Shown here: positions 57,143-64,000 of the stretch, in pieces
Numbering within the stretch: position 1 is the first letter of the stretch
Layout: every line of letters starts with the position of its first letter
IMG/VR virus record: IMGVR_UViG_3300008262_000042
Location: 803 to 64,802 of that record
Direction: 5' to 3' (one strand)
From: a virus
Lineage: Duplodnaviria; Heunggongvirae; Uroviricota; Caudoviricetes
DNA: 64,000 nt
Notes under the pieces: model-generated
The model's input: only the letters and a program-made list of their open reading frames with translations
What the model was told of the DNA's origin: nothing
The model's database searches: none
Made by a program: the position numbers and the translations under genes

Positions 57143-58894
57143 TTATTGAGGTCTTAATTCTCTATTTATTTTAAATCTTAATTGATTTATATCAAATTCA
57201 TTATTAGCATTTTGTAATAATGTTCTATTTACTAGATTAGTCGCAAATGAACTTACAGCTGTGTTATTAGTCGGTATATTACTACTTATCGTACCTATAT
57301 TAGTATTATTAGCTTTTAAACTTTCTGTATTTTTTTCTTTATTATATTTTTGTAAAGTCGTATTCGCTAATATTGTTTCATCTTCAGGTAATTGTTTACC
57401 TCCAATTCTCATAAATCTTTTTGGTAACATACTATGAATTGGTTTAAATGATATACTAACATCAAGATAGTGTGGAAGTTGTCTACCATCTTCTATATCC
57501 CATGAAGTTTCATTCGCGATAGTTATATTAACGCTTTCTAATAATCCTGGAACTCTATAAAAATAATCACCTACAGTTATCTTAACTACAGATGATCTCA
57601 TAATACCACTATTCGAATAATCTGGATATACTTGAGATGCTAATGCATTTAGCTTACTATATAAAGGTAAAAGTTCATCTTTTGATTGCGCAGCTATTCT
57701 AAATGCATATTGTATATTTCTAGTAAATCCTTCATATATATAAAAGTCTTCACCTCTTCCTATATACTTAAAAGCGTTTATTGTTGCTTGGTGACCATCT
57801 GTAATTCCACTTGTCAATAGTGCTCTAAATTGTAAAAACATAGATGAACCGACTTCATCATTGCTTAAGCATTCAAATCCAAACTTAATAAGATCATCAT
57901 TCGCATTACCATTAGTCCATGGATCTCCAGTATTAAGCGCACCTATATCCTTTACATTTATCTTATCTACTATACTATCAGTACCATATGTATAAAATCT
58001 ATAGTCAATAGTATCTTGATCTGCCACTAATAAGTTTTCTAGACCAACTACTGATCTCATTCTTCTACTCGCACCTCTAGTCTTTTTTGTATATATTTGA
58101 TCATATGTCGCAAATCCTTCTGTAGCAGCTTTTGTTGTATCTTCGTATCTTCTAATAGTTGTACTACCTATTCCATAAACTGATCCAGGACCGCCTAAGT
58201 AGTTTTGTATTATATTTCTATCTAGCGATAGACCTAATTGGTTTATTTTATTTATTCCACCAAGTACTCCGCTTTCTCTAGTAACTGGCGTTAACTTTAG
58301 TTGCTGTAATAATAATAATCTATTCTCTAGTCGTACTCTCTCACTATCCATCGTTAATTGACTTCCTACAGTCTTAGCGTAGTATTTAGAAACAGTATCG
58401 ATAGGCATTAAACCTTGTCTTTGTATATGTAAACCAGAGCCTGCATAACCTACTTGCTCTAAAGTGTTTAAACCATCATTATATAGTCTAGTGTTTTCTA
58501 ATATATTATATCCATTTATATTTTGACCAAATATATTTACGCTAGTACCAGTTTCCATTTTAGGATTAGTCAACTGTAATCCTATTTGTTTTTTTATAAA
58601 TGCGTCCCCTCTAGGCTTATCGCTTAAAAACTTTCTTATTCTAGTCTTGTCTATTTCTGCTGATAATGTTACTGTTCTACTTCCTAATTGGATTGTTGTA
58701 GATCCGCCTCTTATAGGATAATCTAAGCCAGTTCTATTTAATGAATAAAAATTTCTTATATTATTTGGAGCATTTTCATCATCTATAGGAAATTGCATAT
58801 AAGGTTGCCCAGACCATCCGCTATCGCGTCTATCAAAAGCAGCAACCCCGTATTTTAAATCCTTTAAACTAGTTCTTAGATCTATTAGTGGCAT
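57143..58894 (-). CDS. tail/baseplate protein (583 aa)
   Basis: Position immediately downstream of the tape-measure gene; no specific motif. Confidence 0.35.
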   Translation of the reverse strand: MPLIDLRTSLKDLKYGVAAFDRRDSGWSGQPYMQFPIDDENAPNNIRNFYSLNRTGLDYPIRGGSTTIQLGSRTVTLSAEIDKTRIRKFLSDKPRGDAFIKKQIGLQLTNPKMETGTSVNIFGQNINGYNILENTRLYNDGLNTLEQVGYAGSGLHIQRQGLMPIDTVSKYYAKTVGSQLTMDSERVRLENRLLLLQQLKLTPVTRESGVLGGINKINQLGLSLDRNIIQNYLGGPGSVYGIGSTTIRRYEDTTKAATEGFATYDQIYTKKTRGASRRMRSVVGLENLLVADQDTIDYRFYTYGTDSIVDKINVKDIGALNTGDPWTNGNANDDLIKFGFECLSNDEVGSSMFLQFRALLTSGITDGHQATINAFKYIGRGEDFYIYEGFTRNIQYAFRIAAQSKDELLPLYSKLNALASQVYPDYSNSGIMRSSVVKITVGDYFYRVPGLLESVNITIANETSWDIEDGRQLPHYLDVSISFKPIHSMLPKRFMRIGGKQLPEDETILANTTLQKYNKEKNTESLKANNTNIGTISSNIPTNNTAVSSFATNLVNRTLLQNANNEFDINQLRFKINRELRPQ

Positions 58895-58906
58895 ATTATT
58901 TTTTTA

Positions 58907-60832
58907 TTACATTTGTTTTATTTCTGGAGAACTGCTTCCTTTAATTCCTGGAGCTTGGTTTGCTGCTCTACTAGAATCTATACTAGGATTATTTGCATTG
59001 TGTTTATGTGTATTTGATGAAATCAGTCTATTATCTACAAGATTATTAACAACTACGGTTGTCATAGATTGATTATTTCTAATATCATATGGATTTACTG
59101 CTTTTGTATTTGTATTACTTGCAGTAGCATTTGTAGCTGCAGCTTGTGATATAGTAGCTGCTCCAAAATCTCCTCCTACTGATCTAATTCTACTTGCCAT
59201 ATCTGCTCCTCCTGATTTGAAAACAGCTGCTTTTGTCATCCACTTATTCTTATCTGTAAATGGTAAAACGGCCACAACTTCAAATAAATCTCCAATAAGT
59301 CCAGATACCATTTCAACTGCGCCAGCAATAGCATCTCTAACCCATTTTATTATCCCCTGTATAGTACTTGGATTAGTTAACATATTTACAAAACCTTCAA
59401 TTTTTTCTATAATACCCGATTTTTCTATAAAATCAACAACTGATTGTTTTATTTTTTCTATAAAAGCCATTAACTTTTCTTGTGTAGAAGCCTGTTGCAT
59501 AGATTGGAAAGCTTGTTCTCCCATGGCTTCTGCCATTGCTTTCTCATTACCATATCTTTTAAGACCTAATTGGTACATTTCTCTGGCGTTCTCTGTTCCT
59601 TTTGCGCCTATACTAGCATATAATTCTTGCTTTTTAAGCATATCTGCTAGTTGATCTCTTGACATTCCCATGGATTGTGCAAAAGATTCTGCAGCTATTC
59701 TATTCATTTTTAGAAATTCTGCACTAGATCCAACTTGTCTATTTATTTCTGCTGCAGCACCTGCAAGATCATTATTTAAAAATAATTCTCTAGCCTTATT
59801 AAAATTCAGCTCTTTACCAGTTAGTATTTGAGCTTCCATTTCTTTAGATATACTAGACTCAAAATCTAGAAATGAATCAGCCATAGATTCTAGATCTTTC
59901 ATTTCCATTCCCATAGCTTTTATTGTCAATAGACTTTTAGTAAGCTGAGATGGATATTTAGAGAATCTTAAGCCTAAAACACCTGAAAGACTTGTTACTT
60001 CTTTTAATACTTGTTGATAATTAAATTGTATGCCAGTTGCTCTTTCAAGACCTTTTACTTGTGCTAATACGCCTTTAACTACGCCTTGTGTTGATTTTCC
60101 TGTTATACTAGAAACTTCAGCTAATCTTGAACGAGTATCTAACTCTAATCCTGCAAATTCTTTTAGCTTTATGTTTGTTTGTAATGTCTCATCAGATAAT
60201 TTATTATTTATACCTAATTGACCTGCTAATTCTGAATAAGATTCTAATAATTTTTTAGAAGTAATAAATACATCTCCTTGATTTAGTGATATATCTTGAA
60301 AATGCCTATTTAGTTGCCTTGCTTGACCGCTTGTCATTCCAAGATTTCTGCCAGCTTTAACTATAGCATCATCTACTCCTACTACAACATCGAGCAAAGC
60401 TGAAAATCCATCTATTAGACCGCCAACTAAACCACCTATAAATGGTATGTTTTTAGCCATACTAGATATTCCTCCTGTAAGCCCAGATACTACACCTCCT
60501 CCTTCTGGAGTTAACGCTTTAAGACCTGAAGTAGCTGCTGAAAGTGCGCCTTGCATTACATTTTTTATAGCATTTTTTGCTTTACTAAAACCCACTACTA
60601 AAGCTGTAGCTATAATAGCAGGATCTAATATATTTTGCATAATTGTTTTTCCTGCTGCTTTTATACCAGCTGCTAATACTTTCCATTTACCTACATTTGT
60701 AACTTTTCCTGTAGCGTCTACTGTTTTTCTTGCGGCGAAACTCATTGCGTTATACGCTTCTTCTCCTACACCAAGATTATCAGCAAATATTTTCATTAAA
60801 TTTCCCGATATACCTAATTGTTTAGAAACCAT
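58907..60832 (-). CDS. tail tape-measure protein, C-terminal part (641 aa)
   Basis: Gly/Ala-rich hydrophobic segments (GGGVVSGLTGGISSMAKNIPFIGGLVGGLIDGFSALLDVVVG), long helical regions, position downstream of the chaperone-like ORFs. Confidence 0.5.
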   Translation of the reverse strand: MVSKQLGISGNLMKIFADNLGVGEEAYNAMSFAARKTVDATGKVTNVGKWKVLAAGIKAAGKTIMQNILDPAIIATALVVGFSKAKNAIKNVMQGALSAATSGLKALTPEGGGVVSGLTGGISSMAKNIPFIGGLVGGLIDGFSALLDVVVGVDDAIVKAGRNLGMTSGQARQLNRHFQDISLNQGDVFITSKKLLESYSELAGQLGINNKLSDETLQTNIKLKEFAGLELDTRSRLAEVSSITGKSTQGVVKGVLAQVKGLERATGIQFNYQQVLKEVTSLSGVLGLRFSKYPSQLTKSLLTIKAMGMEMKDLESMADSFLDFESSISKEMEAQILTGKELNFNKARELFLNNDLAGAAAEINRQVGSSAEFLKMNRIAAESFAQSMGMSRDQLADMLKKQELYASIGAKGTENAREMYQLGLKRYGNEKAMAEAMGEQAFQSMQQASTQEKLMAFIEKIKQSVVDFIEKSGIIEKIEGFVNMLTNPSTIQGIIKWVRDAIAGAVEMVSGLIGDLFEVVAVLPFTDKNKWMTKAAVFKSGGADMASRIRSVGGDFGAATISQAAATNATASNTNTKAVNPYDIRNNQSMTTVVVNNLVDNRLISSNTHKHNANNPSIDSSRAANQAPGIKGSSSPEIKQM

Positions 60833-60840
60833 CTTTTCAT

Positions 60841-61371
60841 TTATAACTGCCTTTTCTCCTTCTTCTGTTTGTCTTCTTTTTCTCCTTCTTCTGTTTGTCT
60901 TCTAGCTAGTTCTAATTGTTTTTCTTGGGCATAAAGCGCTACAGCTTGTATATCGCCTTTACTTTTTAGTATTCCCATCATTGCTTTTTCTATATCATGA
61001 CTTTTGCCTTGAGCGGCTAATCTAGCTCTTTGGGATTCTACGATATTTTTTGCGTCTGCTAATGCATCTTTAGTTTGTTGATCAAAATCTTTATTTAAGT
61101 CAACTAGTTTCTTCTCTTCTATATACTCTTTTTGTTTTAATTTAAGAAGTTCCTGATTAGTTTGTCTTAGATTTATTGAATCTTTAGATAATGTGGCTAA
61201 TCTTGCTTCAATTTTTAAATACGCATTATCCATCTTTTTTAAATCAGATAATGCGTTTTTTAGCAGATTATTATAATCCCCTTGATCCTCTAATAGCTCT
61301 TTTAAATCCCTAATCAAATCTTTTGATGACATTCCTGGATTTTGTGAGCCTGGTGTTGGTGGTGTTGCCAT
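60841..61371 (-). CDS. tail tape-measure protein, N-terminal coiled-coil part (176 aa), separated from the C-terminal part by a tandem duplication
   Basis: Coiled-coil. Its stop lies 8 nt from the start of ORF 58907..60832. Deleting one copy of the perfect tandem repeat at about 60852-60903 joins the two ORFs in frame. Confidence 0.45.
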   Translation of the reverse strand: MATPPTPGSQNPGMSSKDLIRDLKELLEDQGDYNNLLKNALSDLKKMDNAYLKIEARLATLSKDSINLRQTNQELLKLKQKEYIEEKKLVDLNKDFDQQTKDALADAKNIVESQRARLAAQGKSHDIEKAMMGILKSKGDIQAVALYAQEKQLELARRQTEEGEKEDKQKKEKRQL

Positions 61372-61405
61372 TGTATTATACTATACAAATAAATATGTAT
61401 CTAAA

Positions 61406-61729
61406 TTATTTTTTAGATTTAGCTGCGGTAGTCTTATAAGAATATTCCTTAGATGCTTGTACGACTGCATCCGGTATCTTTATTTTTGAGGGATCAGTGT
61501 TTTCTGTAATTTGGTTATTTTGCTGATCTCTCATATCTTCTAGTTTTTTGAGATACTCATTAATTTTTTTTATATTATACTTTCTATGCTGTATTGGCAT
61601 ATCCCAAACTTCAGACCATGAGAATCCCCCTCCGCCATGATAAGTTAATTCAAAACACTCTGTCATAAAAATAGCACGGTATTCCGCCCCAGGAAAGAGC
61701 GGAACCCATATTATTTGTGCGTTATCCAT
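61406..61729 (-). CDS. tail assembly chaperone-like protein (107 aa)
   Basis: Position between the tube and tape-measure genes. Confidence 0.3.
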   Translation of the reverse strand: MDNAQIIWVPLFPGAEYRAIFMTECFELTYHGGGGFSWSEVWDMPIQHRKYNIKKINEYLKKLEDMRDQQNNQITENTDPSKIKIPDAVVQASKEYSYKTTAAKSKK

Positions 61730-61730
61730 A

Positions 61731-62498
61731 TTAGTCTTCTATTTGTGGAAAGAAGAATCCTACGCCCATTGGCAAATCAGTTGTAATCTCTTCGCCATTT
61801 TTTAGTGTGAAAGTAATCTTTGTATCAATATCAGGAGTATTCTTAGCAATATCTTGTCTAAGAGCAATTGCATCTCTAGCTAATAGGTAACCTTCATCAA
61901 TAAACTCTCTTACTGTTTTAGTTGAATAATCTCCATTAACAGACGTTATTTGATGTTTAAGCCTTGTACTTAATTCTCCTATTTCTGTCTTAGCAATCTT
62001 TTTCATACCTTTGATCTCATCATCTATTTTCTTATCATCAGCTATTGTAAGTATCTTATATGTTACTGTATTTTTTGAGTAAGGTAATTCAAAGCTAAAT
62101 TCATTTTTATCTGAAAATTTAGAAAAGTCTAATTCTTTATATTTTAAATCTTGCAGATCTACTACTACAGTTTCTTCTTCTTCTAGACTACTTGCTTTAT
62201 ACTTAAATGAATAATCTTTTCCATAACCTAATATACGAGCTGCTATCAGAAGCGCATTCCGATCACCCAGAGTTAAATCCTCATAGTTTATTTCTGATTT
62301 GATAAGAGACTTAAGCATACGTTCAATCGCGATGCCCTGACGTAACAGGTTCACATTGGTGAGAATGTCTTCAGTTTTAGCTGTCATATATGCCATTTCT
62401 ACAGCTCCTGAAGATAGTGGATTTTCTTTTGCATATAACTTTCCTTTACTAGGAAGATCGATCATTTCTGTTGGGATCGAAAATTTTTTTTCTGCCAT
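61731..62498 (-). CDS. tail assembly/tube-associated protein (255 aa)
   Basis: Position; stop and next start overlap (TAATATGG). Confidence 0.3.
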   Translation of the reverse strand: MAEKKFSIPTEMIDLPSKGKLYAKENPLSSGAVEMAYMTAKTEDILTNVNLLRQGIAIERMLKSLIKSEINYEDLTLGDRNALLIAARILGYGKDYSFKYKASSLEEEETVVVDLQDLKYKELDFSKFSDKNEFSFELPYSKNTVTYKILTIADDKKIDDEIKGMKKIAKTEIGELSTRLKHQITSVNGDYSTKTVREFIDEGYLLARDAIALRQDIAKNTPDIDTKITFTLKNGEEITTDLPMGVGFFFPQIED

Positions 62499-62539
62499 GT
62501 TGTTTTTATATAAATATACGAATATATAATTTTCTGCAT

Positions 62540-62568
62540 AAAAAAACCTCTCGAGTAGAGAGGCTTTT
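62540..62568 (-). terminator. rho-independent terminator (bidirectional-looking)
   Basis: Stem cctctc/gagagg with loop gagta, flanked by A6 and T-run; on the minus strand it is followed by TTTTTTTATG; 27 nt after the tube gene stop. Confidence 0.6.
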
Positions 62569-62594
62569 CTTTTTGTTATTATCTAGATTATTTA

Positions 62595-63080
62595 TTAGAA
62601 GTTCAAAATACAATAATCCATTCCTAAAGTTAAACTAATTTCAGTTGGATCTTGTACTGAGAAATCATAAGATCCGAAGTTTGTTTCTTTGATGAAAGCG
62701 CCCTTAACGATCCACTCAGATACGATGTCACCAACAGGTCCAATGATATTTAAGCTACAATCTTTCTTATAGAAGTCAGAATAACCATCACGACCTGTAA
62801 CAGACTCATGATGTAATCTTACCCATTCCATAACAGCTTGTTGTCCGCTTGGGCTAATTGGATTGTATAGCGTTAAAGCCATATCTCTCCATTCAGCTTT
62901 ACCTTTTAGCTTACGATATACGTTGATATGATCTAACTTTATCTCGTTTAAAGTAACACCAGGAGCATCTGCTTTTTTAATCATGAATGTAGGTATACCA
63001 TCTATATAAAATATAAATCTATTCTGAACTGTTGGTTCAAACGAGGTAAACATTAATTCACTTGTATCTAGTATTGGCAT
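62595..63080 (-). CDS. tail tube protein
   Basis: 161 aa, immediately downstream of the sheath gene, followed by a strong terminator, which suggests high expression. Confidence 0.5.
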   Translation of the reverse strand: MPILDTSELMFTSFEPTVQNRFIFYIDGIPTFMIKKADAPGVTLNEIKLDHINVYRKLKGKAEWRDMALTLYNPISPSGQQAVMEWVRLHHESVTGRDGYSDFYKKDCSLNIIGPVGDIVSEWIVKGAFIKETNFGSYDFSVQDPTEISLTLGMDYCILNF

Positions 63081-63117
63081 CTCTTAATTATTTTATTTTC
63101 TATAAATATGCTCTATA

Positions 63118-63357
63118 TTATTTTTTCTTTGCTGCAGCTTCTTTCTTTTTCTTAGCTTCGGCTTCTTTTTTCTTTTTTGCTTCAGCTTCCTTTTTTTTCT
63201 TATCTTCAGCTTCTTTCTTTTTCTTAGCGTCAGTTTCTTTTTTCTTATCTTCTTTTTTAGCTCCTTCTGATAAGATGCTTAGTTGAGACTTAATGCTCTC
63301 ATAAAGTGCTTTAGGAACTCTGATTCTCAATACTGTATTATCGCTTATATTTTTCAT
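63118..63357 (-). CDS. Lys/Glu/Ala-rich tandem-repeat protein (79 aa)
   Basis: Protein repeats KKKKEAEAKKKKEAEA encoded by a roughly 24-nt DNA tandem repeat (about 5 copies). Confidence 0.4.
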   Translation of the reverse strand: MKNISDNTVLRIRVPKALYESIKSQLSILSEGAKKEDKKKETDAKKKKEAEDKKKKEAEAKKKKEAEAKKKKEAAAKKK

Positions 63358-63377
63358 TTTTATTTTTTTATATTATA

Positions 63378-64000
63378 TTAAGAGAAGCTAGCGCCTGTCG
63401 GTAAAATGTTAAAGTTTAAGTAAATGTATTCAGCAGCTCTTGTTGGTTGTAAGTAAATAGTACCAATAAGTTGATTTCTATCAATAACGTCAGGGGTGTT
63501 ATTAGTTTCATCCATTATTACTTGGAATGCATATAGACCTTGACGTTGTTGAACAGTCTCTAAATACGGGTTAACTTGGTTTAAGAATTTATTTCTTGTT
63601 GATTGAGTGTTTGGTTCGAATACCAATGTTTCTCCTATTTGACCGATATAGTCTTTTAGTGATATTAATAGTCTTCTTACGTTTACTCTGTCTAAAGCAG
63701 ATGCTTTTGATTGTAGAGTCTTTTGACCATATATTACTGTACCAACTCCAGGGAAATTAGCGATTGGATTCACTTTTCCTTGATATAGTGTATTTCTTTG
63801 ATTAACGCTTAACTTTCTTTCTGGTTGAAGTACTGTACCCATTCCACCTCTATTAAGACCTGCTGGTGCGAACCATTCTGCAGATACTTTATCATTATAT
63901 TCGTATATAGCTGGAACTAGTGTTGAAGCAGGAATAAAGTTTAATTTACCTGTTTCTCTACTTCTAACTTGTAACCATGGCCAGTATGCTGCAGCGTATG
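63378..64000 (-). CDS. contractile tail sheath protein (C-terminal portion; gene continues beyond the window end)
   Basis: The frame stays open upstream of the annotated Met to the window edge. C-terminal sheath-domain pattern GVGTVIYGQKTL, ALDRVNVRRLLISLK, FEPN, MDETNNTPDVIDRNQL, IYLQPTRAAEYIYLNFNI. Confidence 0.7.
   Translation of the reverse strand, partial: YAAAYWPWLQVRSRETGKLNFIPASTLVPAIYEYNDKVSAEWFAPAGLNRGGMGTVLQPERKLSVNQRNTLYQGKVNPIANFPGVGTVIYGQKTLQSKASALDRVNVRRLLISLKDYIGQIGETLVFEPNTQSTRNKFLNQVNPYLETVQQRQGLYAFQVIMDETNNTPDVIDRNQLIGTIYLQPTRAAEYIYLNFNILPTGASFS

Noticed and set aside
201-60905. Plus-strand ORFs in the six-frame track (e.g. 201..470, 3822..4199, 7015..7290, 17952..18335, 25302..25538, 29482..29829, 44407..44694, 59217..59654, 60447..60905)
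   Set aside because: All lie entirely inside longer minus-strand genes with recognisable products. They have low-complexity Leu/Phe/Ser-rich translations typical of antisense frames of AT-rich coding DNA. They were not called as genes.
61700-61800. Possible programmed -1 frameshift between the two chaperone-like ORFs (61731..62498 and 61406..61729), including an A_AAA_AAT heptamer about 75 nt upstream of the first stop
   Set aside because: The downstream ORF has its own ATG overlapping the upstream stop (TAATATGG), consistent with simple translational coupling. The heptamer is far from the junction and no downstream structure was evident. Not supportable from sequence alone.
63118-63300. Possible CRISPR array suggested by short regular direct repeats
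   Set aside because: Repeats are about 24 nt with no unique spacers (the 'spacers' are themselves repeat variants) and lie inside an open reading frame encoding KKKKEAEA repeats. It is a coding tandem repeat, not a CRISPR array.
1-64000. Giant eukaryotic virus origin, suggested by the AT-richness and glycosylation island
   Set aside because: The replication and structural genes are of the prokaryotic phage type (DnaB helicase, gp32-like SSB, T4 RNase H-like FEN, tail sheath/tube/tape measure, GroES/GroEL). There are T9SS sorting domains and M15 endolysin against peptidoglycan; no capsid or transcription genes of NCLDV type.
1-64000. Prophage/integrative element features (integrase, att sites, transposase)
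   Set aside because: No tyrosine/serine recombinase or transposase motifs were seen in any minus-strand ORF, and no long direct repeats flank a block. The window looks like an internal stretch of a virulent-type genome.

Overview
The window is AT-rich (about 30% GC), tightly packed, and every credible gene lies on the minus strand. It reads as one long stretch of a large virulent contractile-tailed phage (myovirus-like) genome, not host chromosome. The modules are listed below in plus-strand coordinates. Transcription runs from high to low coordinates.

1. **Small accessory genes (1-17.9 kb).** This stretch contains tandem paralogs, two secreted proteins with T9SS-like C-terminal sorting domains and an unannotated 40-aa lipoprotein. 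Small genes include a SWIM zinc-finger protein, a thioredoxin, a metallophosphoesterase, RecA-superfamily ATPases and HExxH and zinc-finger proteins. A lysis cassette (SPFH protein, small membrane proteins and an M15 endolysin) sits at 8.4-10.5 kb.
2. **Polysaccharide/deoxysugar island (17.9-30.9 kb).** About 13 kb holds 6-8 glycosyltransferases, an RmlB-like NDP-sugar 4,6-dehydratase and a short-chain epimerase/reductase. There is also a split transketolase-like TPP enzyme and an E1/DdhC-like PMP-dependent 3-dehydrase. This is the most unusual cargo in the window.
3. **Nucleotide metabolism and DNA modification (31-35 kb).** There is a Cas4-like PD-(D/E)xK nuclease. Next come a T4 gp42-like dCMP hydroxymethylase (Asp at the cytosine-specificity position), a dCMP deaminase and a dUTPase. 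Together they imply 5-hydroxymethyl-pyrimidine DNA.
4. **Chaperone module (36.8-40.3 kb).** A free-standing HNH homing endonuclease sits next to a phage-encoded GroEL, GroES and Hsp20.
5. **Replication module (40.4-51.5 kb).** Genes are a family-A DNA polymerase with 3'-5' exonuclease, a class-II-like ribonucleotide reductase, a DnaB-like helicase and a T4 RNase H/FEN-like exonuclease. There are also a RecA/UvsX-like ATPase, a gp32-like SSB and a second, minimal family-A polymerase-like protein.
6. **Tail module (51.5-64 kb).** Genes are the C-terminal part of a tail sheath protein, a K/E-repeat mini-protein, a tail tube protein and chaperone-like ORFs. The tape-measure gene appears split by a perfect 25-26-nt tandem duplication. 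Baseplate-like proteins include a 1527-aa protein with a C-terminal GH108-like muramidase domain.

GC-rich hairpin terminators stand out against the AT-rich background. The two largest intergenic gaps share a set of palindromic motifs (TTGGAAACCAATAA, TTGATAACCAA, AAGCTCATGG). A Flavobacteriia-type Bacteroidota host is inferred from the T9SS sorting domains and base composition; it is not demonstrated. No tRNAs, CRISPR arrays, integrase or transposase were seen.
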